From positions 4,749 through 68,748 of the forward strand of contig CAZOKN010000004.1 in assembly GCA_964580525.1 (NCBI GenBank): a DNA stretch of 64,000 nucleotides. Direction: 5' to 3'. The translations under genes and the position numbers were made by a program. Below the pieces are notes generated by a model, which worked only from the letters and a program-made list of their open reading frames with translations, searched no databases and was not told where the DNA came from. Each line of letters opens with the position of its first letter. Position 1 is the first letter of the stretch. Positions 28,260 to 39,216 of this stretch are shown here, piece by piece. Source of the DNA: an uncultured Rickettsiaceae bacterium. Lineage in GTDB: Bacteria > Pseudomonadota > Alphaproteobacteria > Rickettsiales > UBA6187.

Positions 28260-29552
28260 ATGCGTTTATCCAGATATTTTCTGCCATTGCTAAAAGAAAA
28301 TCCAGTTGAGGCTACAATAGTTTCGCATCGTTTTATGCTGCGTGCAGGTATGGTGCGGCAAGTAGGTGCGGGTATATATAATTGGTTGCCATTGGGATTA
28401 AAGGTTCTAAAGAAAATAGAAAACGTCGTCCGCGAAGAAATGGATAAAGCGGGTGCAGTTGAGATTCTTATGCCAACATTACAGCCTGCTGAATTGTGGC
28501 AAGAATCTGGCCGTTATGATGATTATGGCAAAGAAATGCTTAGAATTGTAGATAGGCATGACCGTAACATGCTATACGGTCCAACTGCCGAAGAAGTGGT
28601 AACTGATATTTTTCGTCAGAATGTTAAAAGCTATAAAGATCTTCCACTTAACCTTTACAACATTCAATGGAAATTTCGTGATGAAATAAGACCGCGTTTT
28701 GGTGTTATGAGAGGTCGTGAGTTTTTAATGAAAGATGCTTATAGCTTTGATCTTGATTATGATGGAGCAAAAAAGTCTTACGATATTATGTATGAAGCAT
28801 ATTTAAATACGTTTAAACGTATGGGTCTTACGGCTATTCCTGTGCGGGCTGATAATGGTGCTATAGGTGGTGATTTGAGTCATGAATTCCAGATCTTAGC
28901 CGAAACTGGTGAAAGCCAGGTCTATTATGATGTTGAATTTGAAAAACTGATGCAGGAAGAAAAAGTAAATACTGAAAAATTACGCTCATTATATGCCGTG
29001 GCTGATGAAAAACACGACCCTGCTAAATGTCCTGTAAAGCCTGAAAATTTGAGGACAAAACGCGGTATTGAAGTTGGTCATATATTTCACTTCGGCAATA
29101 AGTATACTAAGAGTATGAATGTTAGTGTGCTTGGAAATGAAGGTAAACAAATTTGCCCTGAAATGGGCTCTTATGGTATTGGTGTTTCAAGATTAGTTGG
29201 TGCGATTATTGAATCTAGCCATGATGAAAACGGTATAATTTGGCCAGATTCCGTCGCGCCTTTTAGAGTTGGCTTAATTAATATTAAATCTGGCGATGCG
29301 GAATGTGATGCTGCTTGTGAAAAAATATACAAAACACTGCAAAACAATGGCATAGAAGTTTTGTATGATGATACAAAAGAAAGTACAGGCAAAAAATTTG
29401 CTGGTATGGATTTAATAGGTCTGCCTTGGCAGCTTTCTGTTGGTCCTAGGTCGATTAAAGAAGGCACTATTGAAATAAAAAATCGTAAGACTGGTGAAAA
29501 AGAAGCGTTGTCAGAAGAGGCGGCGTTGGCTAAGATAATTACGACCAGATAA
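28260..29552 (+). CDS. proS: proline--tRNA ligase (short, alphaproteobacterial/eukaryote-like type)
   Basis: [25 protein letters not shown] and class-II motifs. Confidence 0.9.
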   Translation: MRLSRYFLPLLKENPVEATIVSHRFMLRAGMVRQVGAGIYNWLPLGLKVLKKIENVVREEMDKAGAVEILMPTLQPAELWQESGRYDDYGKEMLRIVDRHDRNMLYGPTAEEVVTDIFRQNVKSYKDLPLNLYNIQWKFRDEIRPRFGVMRGREFLMKDAYSFDLDYDGAKKSYDIMYEAYLNTFKRMGLTAIPVRADNGAIGGDLSHEFQILAETGESQVYYDVEFEKLMQEEKVNTEKLRSLYAVADEKHDPAKCPVKPENLRTKRGIEVGHIFHFGNKYTKSMNVSVLGNEGKQICPEMGSYGIGVSRLVGAIIESSHDENGIIWPDSVAPFRVGLINIKSGDAECDAACEKIYKTLQNNGIEVLYDDTKESTGKKFAGMDLIGLPWQLSVGPRSIKEGTIEIKNRKTGEKEALSEEAALAKIITTR

Positions 29553-29576
29553 CTTTTTGTTTTTTTTAGGTATAAA

Positions 29577-30821
29577 ATGTTTTCTCCATTTGAAAGGATG
29601 ATAGGTTTCCGCTACTTGCGTTCGCGCAGGAAAGAAGGTTTTATATCTGTTATAGCTGGATTTTCGTTTGTGGGTATTGCCCTTGGCGTCGCGACTTTAA
29701 TAGTTGTAATGTCCGTTATGAATGGTTTTCGTTCTGAAATAACTAAGAAAATATTGGGATTAAACGGCCATATTGCAGTATCAAGCTATGAAAGAAAAAT
29801 CCATGGTTTTGATGATTTTTTGAGTGCTGTTAAAAGTGTTGATGGAGTTATTTCTGCAACTCCGGTTATAGATGGTCAGGCGATGGCCACGACAAAATAT
29901 GCTAATGGCGGAGTTGCTGTTAAGGGAATTAGACTTTCTGATCTTAGCCAAAGACCTCTCGTGGCATCTAACATAAAAGATGGCTTCTTAAATGATTTAC
30001 AAGGCAAAGATTCTATCATGATAGGTAGTAGGATGGCTACTAATCTTGGCGTTGGTGTTGGCGATGAAATGACTTTGATTTCGCCAAAGGGTCGTTCAAC
30101 TGCTTTGGGTACAATGCCGAGATTAAAAACTTATAATGTTGTAGCTGTATTTGAATCTGGAATGTACGAGTATGACAGTAGTGTTGCTTTTGTTCCACTT
30201 GAGTCAGCACAGGTATTTTTTGATTATCCTGAATCTGTTTCATCAATTGAAGTTTTTACAAAAAACCCTCATAATTCAGATGCAATATCGAAAGATATAA
30301 GCGCAGTTTTGGGAGGTGCATACGTTGTTCAGGATTGGCAGAGAATGAATGCTAGTCTTTTCAATGCTTTAAAAGTTGAACGTACGGTAATGTTCTTAAT
30401 TCTCACGCTTATAGTATTTATTGCAGCGTTTAATATTATTTCCAGCTTGATAATGTTGGTAAATGATAAGGGGCATGATATCGCAATTTTGCGTACTATG
30501 GGTGCAACGCGTGGTATGATATTACGCATATTCTTCATATGCGGAGCTTCCATTGGTGTAGTCGGAACTTTCCTTGGCTTTATTCTCGGGGTGGGTTTTT
30601 CACTAAATATAGATACCATTAAAAAGGGAGTCGAAGCTCTTACTGGTAGTACATTGTTTGATCCTGTAATTTATTTCCTATCAGAATTACCATCTGAGGT
30701 GGAAGTGTCAGATGTTATATGGTCGGTTGCTATGGGTTTGATTTTCTCATTCCTGGCAACAATATACCCGGCTTGGAAAGCTTCAAAACAAGATCCGGCG
30801 GAGGCTTTGCGTTATGAGTAA
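29577..30821 (+). CDS. lipoprotein-releasing ABC transporter permease LolC/E
   Basis: MFSPFERMIGFRYLRSRRKEGF N-terminus and a FtsX-like C-terminal domain. Confidence 0.88.
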   Translation: MFSPFERMIGFRYLRSRRKEGFISVIAGFSFVGIALGVATLIVVMSVMNGFRSEITKKILGLNGHIAVSSYERKIHGFDDFLSAVKSVDGVISATPVIDGQAMATTKYANGGVAVKGIRLSDLSQRPLVASNIKDGFLNDLQGKDSIMIGSRMATNLGVGVGDEMTLISPKGRSTALGTMPRLKTYNVVAVFESGMYEYDSSVAFVPLESAQVFFDYPESVSSIEVFTKNPHNSDAISKDISAVLGGAYVVQDWQRMNASLFNALKVERTVMFLILTLIVFIAAFNIISSLIMLVNDKGHDIAILRTMGATRGMILRIFFICGASIGVVGTFLGFILGVGFSLNIDTIKKGVEALTGSTLFDPVIYFLSELPSEVEVSDVIWSVAMGLIFSFLATIYPAWKASKQDPAEALRYE

Positions 30822-31497
30822 TAATGTTATTTTATCGCTAAGTGATGTGCATAGATTCTTCTATCAGGGAGAAGCTAGGCTGAATGTTTTAAAGGGTGCA
30901 AATCTTGAAATAAAAGCTGGAGAAGTTGTTGGTCTTGTTGGTCCGAGTGGTTGTGGAAAAAGCACTTTATTGCAATTGGCAGGACTTTTAGATTCGCCAA
31001 ACAGCGGTAAAATTATGATCAACAATATTGATTGTACAAATATAAATGATAATGAGCGTACAAAGATACGCCGGAATGAAATTGGTTTTATATATCAATT
31101 TCACCATTTATTACCTGAATTTACCGCGCTGGAAAATGTTATTATACCGCAGATGATATCTGGGAAATCTGTTGCGGCTTCTACTACTGATGGTGAAGAA
31201 ATACTAAAATATCTTGGTCTTGCAAATCGATTTACTCATAAACCATCAGAGCTCTCTGGTGGTGAGCAGCAGAGGGTTGCTATTGCTAGAGCATTAGTAA
31301 ACAAACCTTCTGTCTTGTTGGCTGATGAGCCTACTGGCAATCTCGATCCCGAAACGGCAGATAATGTATTTAAATTATTGCTTGAAACAGCTAAGGCAAT
31401 TGGTGTTGCGATGTTTATCGTAACACATAATCTTGAGCTTGCTAATCGTATGGATAAAGTGGTTACTATCAGAGACGGTGTTGTGGTAAGTAATTAA
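30814..31497 (+). CDS. lolD: lipoprotein-releasing ABC transporter ATP-binding protein
   Basis: GPSGCGKST Walker A, LSGGEQQRVAIARAL signature and LLADEPTGNLD Walker B. Confidence 0.9.
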   Translation: MSNNVILSLSDVHRFFYQGEARLNVLKGANLEIKAGEVVGLVGPSGCGKSTLLQLAGLLDSPNSGKIMINNIDCTNINDNERTKIRRNEIGFIYQFHHLLPEFTALENVIIPQMISGKSVAASTTDGEEILKYLGLANRFTHKPSELSGGEQQRVAIARALVNKPSVLLADEPTGNLDPETADNVFKLLLETAKAIGVAMFIVTHNLELANRMDKVVTIRDGVVVSN

Positions 31498-31608
31498 TTT
31501 TATACATTATCCAAAACTCAAGTTAATTATTATAACTCCGTCCTTGAACTTAGACTTCCACATATATATGCTCTCAAAAATTACAATCTCTAATCAAAAA
31601 TAGTAATC

Positions 31609-33057
31609 ATGTTTGATAAAAAACCAGGTAAAGTTTTCCCTTTAAATATTGGCCCAATTCATTTTATTGGTATAGGTGGTATTGGTATGAGCGGCATTGC
31701 CGAAATACTACATAATTTAGGCTATAAAGTGCAAGGTTCTGACGCCTCAAATAATGCTAATGTGAAGCGCTTAGAATCTTTCGGTATTAAAGTTAGCATC
31801 GGTCATAAAGGTGAAAATGTTGAAGGTGCGAGTGTTGTTGTAAAATCGTCGGCGGTGAAAAACGAAAATCCTGAAATAGTATATGCGCGCAAAAATTCTA
31901 TCCCAGTAATAAAACGTGCGGAAATGCTAGCTGAGATAATGCATTTGAAAAATTCTGTTGCCATTGCTGGTACTCATGGAAAAACCACTACGACAACTAT
32001 GGTTACATCGATGTTTGAAGCGGCAGGGCTTGATCCTACTGTTATAAATGGTGGAATAATAAATGCTTACGGCACGAATGCTCGTCTTGGTAGTGGTGAT
32101 TGGTTGATTGCTGAAGCTGATGAGTCTGATGGAACATTTTTAAAACTTCCTGCTCAAATCGGCATCATAACCAATATAGATCCTGAGCATATGGAGCATT
32201 ATGGTTCGTTTGATAATTTGCGGGATGCTTTTAAAACTTTTATAGAAAACCTACCATTTTATGGCTTTGGTGTTTTATGCAAAGACCATCCAGAAGTAAG
32301 TGCCTTGGCGGGACGTGTTACAGATAGAAAAATCATAACTTATGCTTTGGATTGTGAAGCTGACATAAAAGCTAGCAATATTAGATTCTCTCCTGAAGGG
32401 GGCAGTATATACGATGTTAAAATTTCTAAACGTATAACTGGCGGTGAAGAAAGAATAATAAAAGATGTGCATTTACCAATGCCTGGGCGTCATAATGTTT
32501 CAAATTCTCTGGCGGCTATTTCTGTGGCTGTGGAGCTTGGTTTTGAAGACAAAGCAATATTGAAAGGTTTCCGCGATTTTGCTGGTGTTAAGCGTCGTTT
32601 CACAAAAACAGGAGAAACTAATGGTATTACAATTATAGATGATTATGGCCACCACCCAAAGGAAATTATTGCAACTCTTAACACTGCGAAAGATGTTATT
32701 CATGGTAGTGGTAAAAAAATAATTGCCGTGGTGCAACCTCATAGATATACGCGTGTTCGTGATCTGTTTGGTGAATTTTGTAGCTGCTTTGGTGTCGCCG
32801 ATAAGGTTGTGGTTGCAAATATTTACGAAGCTGGTGAATCGCCTATAGAAGGAATAAGCAGGGACAGCCTGGTTGAAGGCATCAAAAAACAAGGACATAA
32901 AAATGTTATCCCTCTTCCTTCACCTGAAGAGTTACCAAAAATAATAAATGAAATTGCAAATCCTGGCGATATTGTTGTTTGTCTTGGTGCAGGAAATATA
33001 ACTGCCTGGGCAAATTCATTACCCGAGGATATGAAAAAATTAGGTGTGGTGAAATGA
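31609..33057 (+). CDS. murC: UDP-N-acetylmuramate--L-alanine ligase
   Basis: HFIGIGGIGMSGIAEIL and GTHGKTTTT. Confidence 0.92.
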   Translation: MFDKKPGKVFPLNIGPIHFIGIGGIGMSGIAEILHNLGYKVQGSDASNNANVKRLESFGIKVSIGHKGENVEGASVVVKSSAVKNENPEIVYARKNSIPVIKRAEMLAEIMHLKNSVAIAGTHGKTTTTTMVTSMFEAAGLDPTVINGGIINAYGTNARLGSGDWLIAEADESDGTFLKLPAQIGIITNIDPEHMEHYGSFDNLRDAFKTFIENLPFYGFGVLCKDHPEVSALAGRVTDRKIITYALDCEADIKASNIRFSPEGGSIYDVKISKRITGGEERIIKDVHLPMPGRHNVSNSLAAISVAVELGFEDKAILKGFRDFAGVKRRFTKTGETNGITIIDDYGHHPKEIIATLNTAKDVIHGSGKKIIAVVQPHRYTRVRDLFGEFCSCFGVADKVVVANIYEAGESPIEGISRDSLVEGIKKQGHKNVIPLPSPEELPKIINEIANPGDIVVCLGAGNITAWANSLPEDMKKLGVVK

Positions 33058-33794
33058 TTGGAAGAAGTATTTGCGCCTTTTTAACTCTATTCTTGCTGAT
33101 AATACAGCCATGCTTATCTTTTGCAGGAGATGACGATAGAAGAATAATTTCTGTTATGGGCGAAGCAGAGTCGCAAATTGTTCCTGATCAGGCGATTGTT
33201 TCTATGGCAATTGAAATAAAAGATAAAAACCTGAATATTGCACAAAAAAAGAATGATGAAATAGCATCTCAATTAATAAAATTTGCTACTGGTAAACTTG
33301 GTATAGATAGTAAGTTAGTGCAAACAAGTAGCATAAATATTATGCCTGTTTATAATGAAAGTAATTGCCAGAACAATAATTGCCCTACGCCTACTTTAAA
33401 CCATTTTCTGACGAGTAAGGGTATTAGTATCGTTTTAAAAGACACTAAAGTTCTTCAGGATTTGATAGAGAAATCATTGGCAATTGGTGTTACCAGAATT
33501 GAAAATGTTGAATTTACTTCTTCTGACTTAAAAAATATTGAGCAGCAGGTGCAAGTTGTAGCTGCTAAGAATGCTAAACAAAAAGCGGCTGAAATTGCGA
33601 AGGCTTTGGGTGTTGAAATCGGAAAGCCACAAAGAGTTACAGTTAATTACTCCTCTCCTATATTTGCTACTCGTAGTATGAAAATGGCTTCGTCAATGAC
33701 AAATGTTTTATCTGTGGCAGCACCGGAGACCATAGCAGTTGGGCAAATTACCGTAAAAGGTAGCGTAAGTGTAGATTTTGAGATTGAAAAATAA
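33054..33794 (+). CDS. SIMPL (DUF541) domain periplasmic protein
   Basis: Signal peptide MIGRSICAFLTLFLLIIQPCLSFA. ISVMGEAESQIVPDQA start and a C-terminal ITVKGSVSVDFEI, typical of SIMPL. ATGA overlap with the murC stop. Confidence 0.7.
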   Translation: MIGRSICAFLTLFLLIIQPCLSFAGDDDRRIISVMGEAESQIVPDQAIVSMAIEIKDKNLNIAQKKNDEIASQLIKFATGKLGIDSKLVQTSSINIMPVYNESNCQNNNCPTPTLNHFLTSKGISIVLKDTKVLQDLIEKSLAIGVTRIENVEFTSSDLKNIEQQVQVVAAKNAKQKAAEIAKALGVEIGKPQRVTVNYSSPIFATRSMKMASSMTNVLSVAAPETIAVGQITVKGSVSVDFEIEK

Positions 33795-33797
33795 CAA

Positions 33798-34718
33798 ATG
33801 GTTAGCAATAAAAACATAATCGATTTATTACCAAAAGTCCGCGGCAGTTACCGTGAAAATTCAGACCTGTCGAAAATAAACTGGTTCAATGTTGGTGGAA
33901 TGGCTCAAGTTATGTTCCGTCCAGCAGATGCTGAAGATTTATCATCTTTTCTTAAAAATAAGCCAGAAGGAATTATTGTGACAGTTCTTGGTGTCGGCTC
34001 TAATTTGCTAGTGCGCGATGGTGGCATCGATGGCGTTGTTATAAGGCTTGGCAAAGGTTTTACCGATATTTCTGTACGTAACAACGAGCTGACAGCTGGG
34101 GCAGGGGCACTAAGCTTTAACGTTTCTATGTTTGCGGCGCAAAATAGTTTGACCGGATTGGAATTTTTGAGTGGTATACCGGGAACTATAGGCGGTGCTT
34201 TATACATGAATGCTGGAGCCTATGGCAGCGATGTTTCGGCTATTTTGAAGAGTGCTGAGGCAATTGATGAGTCGGGGACTCTACATATTTTAACTCAGCA
34301 GGATATTGGCTATATATATCGTGGCAATACTTTACCGGAAGGAATGATTTTCACGAAAGGAACTTTCATTGGTAAACCAGGCGACAGAGCAGAGATAGAA
34401 AATCTTTTAACTAAAATAAGTTCTCAGCGTGAAGACACTCAGCCTATAAAAAGTAGAACGAGCGGTAGTACTTTCAAGAATCCTGAAGGTAAAAAAGCTT
34501 GGGAATTGATAGATGCAGCTGGGTGCCGTGGTATGAAGGTTGGTGGTGCGCAGGTTTCAGAAAAACATTGTAATTTTTTTATAAATACTGGGGGTGCGAC
34601 TTCTGATGATATAGAAAAACTTGGCGAAATAGTTAGAAAAAGAGTAAAAGAGAAGACAGGTGTTAGCCTTGAATGGGAAGTTAAGATAATAGGAAAAAGA
34701 AATGACCAAAAAAAATAA
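33798..34718 (+). CDS. murB: UDP-N-acetylenolpyruvoylglucosamine reductase
   Basis: FAD-binding VLGVGSNLLVRD and GSTFKNP motifs. Confidence 0.9.
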   Translation: MVSNKNIIDLLPKVRGSYRENSDLSKINWFNVGGMAQVMFRPADAEDLSSFLKNKPEGIIVTVLGVGSNLLVRDGGIDGVVIRLGKGFTDISVRNNELTAGAGALSFNVSMFAAQNSLTGLEFLSGIPGTIGGALYMNAGAYGSDVSAILKSAEAIDESGTLHILTQQDIGYIYRGNTLPEGMIFTKGTFIGKPGDRAEIENLLTKISSQREDTQPIKSRTSGSTFKNPEGKKAWELIDAAGCRGMKVGGAQVSEKHCNFFINTGGATSDDIEKLGEIVRKRVKEKTGVSLEWEVKIIGKRNDQKK

Positions 34719-35619
34719 GCATGTAGCATTGGTAATGGGTGGGATGTCGGCAGAGAGGGAAGTGTCCCTTATGTCTGGTAAAGGAATTGAGAAAGCTCTG
34801 AGAGAGAACGGATATCAGGTTACTGTTATTGATCTGCAGCGTGATATAGCTGAAAAATTATCTGCCGCAAAACCTGATGTTGTTTTCAATGCATTACATG
34901 GTACTTATGGCGAAGACGGCTGTCTTCAAGGTTTGTTGGAAATACTTGGTATACCTTATACACATTCCGGTATTTTGGCTTCGGCCTTGGCTATGGATAA
35001 GCCAACTGCGAAAAATGTTTTGCAGGATCGTGGTATTTTATGTCCGCCAGGAGCAGTTGTTAGTACCGTTGACATTGCTAACGGTAATATCCCTTTCCCA
35101 AAACCTTACGTAATTAAACCAATTTCAGAAGGCTCTAGTGTTGGTGTTTACATAATTAAAGAAGGTGTAAACGGCCCTAACATGGCTGAAATTAAAAAAT
35201 ATCACAGTATGTTAGTGGAAAAATATATTCCTGGTCGCGAGCTTAGTGTTGCAGTAACTGATGAAAAGCCTTTAGGTGTTGTTGAAATACGTCCTAAAAA
35301 CGGCTTTTATGATTATACGAATAAATATAGTGATGGCAAAACTGAGCATTTAATGCCTGCGCCTGTAAATGACTCGGTTTATAAAGAAGCTATGGATATT
35401 GCTTTCAAAGCTCATAAAATGTTAGGCTGTCGTGGAGTTAGTCGTTCTGATTTTAGATTGGATGAAGCGGATGGTAACAAATTATATTTACTTGAAATAA
35501 ATACCCATCCTGGCATGACGCCGCTTTCTTTAGTGCCTGAAATTGCTTCCCATGTTGGAATTAGCTTCAACGAGCTGATAAAATATCTGGTTGAGAATGC
35601 GCGATGCGACAACAAGTAA
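34702..35619 (+). CDS. ddl: D-alanine--D-alanine ligase
   Basis: ALHGTYGEDGCLQGLLE and LEINTHPGMT. Confidence 0.92.
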   Translation: MTKKNKHVALVMGGMSAEREVSLMSGKGIEKALRENGYQVTVIDLQRDIAEKLSAAKPDVVFNALHGTYGEDGCLQGLLEILGIPYTHSGILASALAMDKPTAKNVLQDRGILCPPGAVVSTVDIANGNIPFPKPYVIKPISEGSSVGVYIIKEGVNGPNMAEIKKYHSMLVEKYIPGRELSVAVTDEKPLGVVEIRPKNGFYDYTNKYSDGKTEHLMPAPVNDSVYKEAMDIAFKAHKMLGCRGVSRSDFRLDEADGNKLYLLEINTHPGMTPLSLVPEIASHVGISFNELIKYLVENARCDNK

Positions 35620-36452
35620 AATCACGCAGAAAAATAAGCGGTACAAAAAAACAATATAAAAAATCTCCGCTTGAATTGAAGTGGCAGGTTCTGCTGAGGG
35701 TCGTTAAATTTGCTATCAGGCCTTATCCTTTTGCGTTTATTTCTATAGCCATTGTGTTTTTATGGTTTCAGCAGTCTAAATATTACACTATCACAGTAAA
35801 TAGTATAGATCATTCGCAAAACCGTGCTGCGCGGAGTATGGGTCTTATTTTGAAAGATATACTACTTGAAGGACAGCAGCATACCTCTAAGGAAGAAATT
35901 CTTACTGCCATTACTGGTAGTCCCAAGGAAAAATCTTCATTGCGCATTGGCGATCCGATGGGAGATATTGATTTGTGGGGTATAAAAGAGAAGCTAGAGA
36001 CCCTTACCTGGGTTAAGCATGCCTCGATTGAACGCCAATATCCTTCAACACTGTCCATAAGTATATCTGAACGCAAACCAGTTGCACTTTGGCAAAATGC
36101 CGGAAAAATTACTCTACTTGATGAAGATGGAAAAGTTATAAACGAAAAAAATCTTGATGATTTTGCTAATTTGGTAATCCTAGTGGGAAAGGATGTTCCT
36201 TATTATTCATCATCTCTGTTGCAGATGCTTAAATCACATCCCGAGATAGATCCTTTGGTATCTTCAGCAATACGTGTCAGTGATAGGCGCTGGGATTTGC
36301 GTTTGCGTAATGGTATTGAAATAAAACTGCCAGAAGAAAATCCTGATAGGGCACTTGAATATTTGGCGGAAGTTAATAAAGAAAGTAAAATACTTACCAG
36401 CAGTGCCAAGAGCATTGATTTAAGACTGGAAGAAAAAATGTTTGTTAAGTAG
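35604..36452 (+). CDS. ftsQ: cell division protein FtsQ
   Basis: Single TM segment, then a POTRA-like region WVKHASIERQYPSTLSISISERKPVALW. Confidence 0.85.
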   Translation: MRQQVKSRRKISGTKKQYKKSPLELKWQVLLRVVKFAIRPYPFAFISIAIVFLWFQQSKYYTITVNSIDHSQNRAARSMGLILKDILLEGQQHTSKEEILTAITGSPKEKSSLRIGDPMGDIDLWGIKEKLETLTWVKHASIERQYPSTLSISISERKPVALWQNAGKITLLDEDGKVINEKNLDDFANLVILVGKDVPYYSSSLLQMLKSHPEIDPLVSSAIRVSDRRWDLRLRNGIEIKLPEENPDRALEYLAEVNKESKILTSSAKSIDLRLEEKMFVK

Positions 36453-36534
36453 CTGTAAAAACTTACTGATATAATCTAGCAAGATAAGCCATTTTACTAT
36501 TTAACTATTATCCATTTTACTATATAAAACAGCC

Positions 36535-37779
36535 ATGGCAAAAATAGGAAATAGTTTCATTACTGCACTTGATATTGGCGCAACGAAAGTGGTGTGCTTT
36601 ATTGCTAAGCTTACGCCACAGAAAAAAATCAGCATTGTTGGAATTGGTCATCAGGTTTCGCAAGGAATAAAATCCGGGGTCATTACCGATATAAAACTTG
36701 CTGAGCAATCCATACGTCTTGCAGTAGGCGCAGCTGAGGCTATGGCAGGTGTTACTATTGATAAAACATTTGTTAATATTTCTGAAAACAAACAAAAATC
36801 AAATTATGTTAAAGCTGAGCTTAATATAAACGGCCATGAAATTACAAAAAAAGATATTCATCGCCTTACTTCGCAAGGGTGCGAGCAGTTTAAAAATGAG
36901 GATAGAGAAGTTATCCATTGTATAGCTGTTGATTACTCTCTCGATGGTGCAACAGGAATTATAGAGCCAATCGGTATGTATGGACACGATATTACTGCTG
37001 ATTTGCATATTATTACTGCTTCATCACCGACAATTTTAAATTTGACCAATTGTGTTGCTCAATCACATTTGAATATTGAGGGATATATTTCATCGGCGTA
37101 CGCATCGGGTCTTGCTTGTCTTTCTGAGGATGAAAAAGATCTTGGCACAGTCGTTGTTGACTTAGGTGGTAGCAGTACTTCAGTTGCTATATTTAAAGGT
37201 GGACGCTTGCGTTATGTTGATAATATCGCAGTTGGTTCAATGAACATCACAAAAGATATTGCTATAGGTCTATCTACTAGTATAGAAAGTGCAGAACGCT
37301 TGAAAGCATTACATGGAAACGTACTTTCTACTGCCAAAGATAATCAGGAAATAATTGACGTGCCTAATATTGGCGAAGAAGACGATGATGCAGATGAAAA
37401 TCACATCACTAAGGTTAATCTAATAAATATAATTCGTCCGCGCGTAGAAGAAATTCTTGAATTGGTAGCATCGAAAATATTAAACTCAGGTTATGGGAAA
37501 ACCATTGCACACGTTGTTTTAACAGGCGGTGGTAGCCATCTTGGCGGAATTAGTGAGTTGACGGGTCAGATATTGAAAAAACAAGTACGCATTGGTATAC
37601 CAAAATATATTGATGGTATGGCAGAAAGCACTAAAGGTCCTGCATTCTCAACCTGTGCTGGCATGCTATTGCTTGCCGCCCATCATAAAGAAATGGAATA
37701 TAGCAACTTCGAGCATAAGACCTTATTTTCCAATAGTTTTATCGGAAAAATGGCTGGTTGGTTTAAAGAGAATTTTTAA
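36535..37779 (+). CDS. ftsA: cell division protein FtsA
   Basis: Actin-like ATPase. ALDIGATKVVCFIA, VVDLGGSSTSVAIF and VLTGGGSHLGGI. Confidence 0.9.
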   Translation: MAKIGNSFITALDIGATKVVCFIAKLTPQKKISIVGIGHQVSQGIKSGVITDIKLAEQSIRLAVGAAEAMAGVTIDKTFVNISENKQKSNYVKAELNINGHEITKKDIHRLTSQGCEQFKNEDREVIHCIAVDYSLDGATGIIEPIGMYGHDITADLHIITASSPTILNLTNCVAQSHLNIEGYISSAYASGLACLSEDEKDLGTVVVDLGGSSTSVAIFKGGRLRYVDNIAVGSMNITKDIAIGLSTSIESAERLKALHGNVLSTAKDNQEIIDVPNIGEEDDDADENHITKVNLINIIRPRVEEILELVASKILNSGYGKTIAHVVLTGGGSHLGGISELTGQILKKQVRIGIPKYIDGMAESTKGPAFSTCAGMLLLAAHHKEMEYSNFEHKTLFSNSFIGKMAGWFKENF

Positions 37780-39170
37780 CTTATTTTTATTCCGCCAGAT
37801 GCTAATCTTTCAAAAACATCAGTTTTAATTTCAGTAAGTCTGTTTTGACTATTTGCCTCACAGCGTACAACTAGGGCTGCCTGAGTATTAGAAGCTCTAA
37901 CCAGCCACCAACCACCATCCAAGCGTACACGCACACCGTCGATATCATTAACCTCCAGTCCATCTTTTTTGGCTGAAATTTTTATTGCTTCCACTACTGT
38001 GAATTTTTTAGCATCGTCAACATCAACACGAATTTCTGGAGTATTGAAAACATGTGGTAAGGCATCTAATTTTTTAGACAAAGGTTCTTTTGATTTTGAT
38101 ACGATATTTATAATCTGGATTGCAGCATATAAACCATCATCAAAGCCATTATTATCTTTGAAAAAAACGTGTCCGCTCATTTCTCCAGCTAGTATTGCTC
38201 TTGTTTCAAACATTTTGGTTTTTATCAACGAATGCCCAGTTTTCCACATCAAAGGTTTGCCACCATTTCTAGCAATTTCATCGAATAGTGTTTGGCTGGC
38301 TTTGACATCAGCAATAATAGTCTCGCCTTTATGTTTTTGCAGAATGTCTTCGGCAAAAAACGACATTAATTGATCGCCCCAGATAATTCTGCCTTGATTA
38401 TCAACAACTCCAATGCGATCGCCATCTCCATCGAAAGCTATACCTAAATCACAATGTTCTTTTTCCACCATTTCAATTAATTGTTCCATATTTTCTGCTA
38501 CTGATGGATCTGGGTGGTGCGATGGAAAATTGCCATCAATTTTTTCATTTAGTAAAAAATGTTTGCCAGGTAGATTTTCCGTTAGTTCCTTCATGACATT
38601 GCCTGTGGCGCCATTGCCAGCATCCCATGCAATTTTTAGCTCACGCCCACCTGCAAATGCTTTTAATAAATGCTTCATATAAGCATCTTTCACATCTTCA
38701 AAAGATACTGAGCCTTTGCCGTCTAAAAAATCTCCACGTTCAGCAATAGAGCCTAATTCTTGAATATCATCACCGTAAACTGGTAATTTTTCTAACATCA
38801 TTTTAAAGCCGTTATGTGATGGTGGATTATGCGATCCAGTAATCATTATGCCGCCGCTGGCTCCAAGATGTTTCACCGAAAAATACAGCATAGGTGTTGG
38901 GCAAAGGCCAATGCGGATAACATCCATGCCAGATTCCATGAGGCCACGCACAATTTTTTCTTCTAATTTTGGAGAGCTAAAACGTCCGTCAAAACCTATG
39001 CAGATTTTTTTTCCAGTATTTTTCCCCAGCACAAATGCTGCCAATGACCGTCCTAGATAATAAGCATCTTCTTCGCTGAGTGTTTCTCCAACAATGCCGC
39101 GAATGTCATAAGCTCTTAAAATATAAGGATTAAATTTATAATTTTTAGAATCATCTTTTACGTTTTTCAT
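37776..39170 (-). CDS. phosphomannomutase/phosphoglucomutase
   Basis: Active site GIMITGSHNPPSHNGFK and metal site FDGDGDR. Confidence 0.9.
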   Translation of the reverse strand: MKNVKDDSKNYKFNPYILRAYDIRGIVGETLSEEDAYYLGRSLAAFVLGKNTGKKICIGFDGRFSSPKLEEKIVRGLMESGMDVIRIGLCPTPMLYFSVKHLGASGGIMITGSHNPPSHNGFKMMLEKLPVYGDDIQELGSIAERGDFLDGKGSVSFEDVKDAYMKHLLKAFAGGRELKIAWDAGNGATGNVMKELTENLPGKHFLLNEKIDGNFPSHHPDPSVAENMEQLIEMVEKEHCDLGIAFDGDGDRIGVVDNQGRIIWGDQLMSFFAEDILQKHKGETIIADVKASQTLFDEIARNGGKPLMWKTGHSLIKTKMFETRAILAGEMSGHVFFKDNNGFDDGLYAAIQIINIVSKSKEPLSKKLDALPHVFNTPEIRVDVDDAKKFTVVEAIKISAKKDGLEVNDIDGVRVRLDGGWWLVRASNTQAALVVRCEANSQNRLTEIKTDVFERLASGGIKIS

Positions 39171-39216
39171 TTTTTAACCAATCATCCTTATTTTACTCGT
39201 AAGACTATATTCTTTT

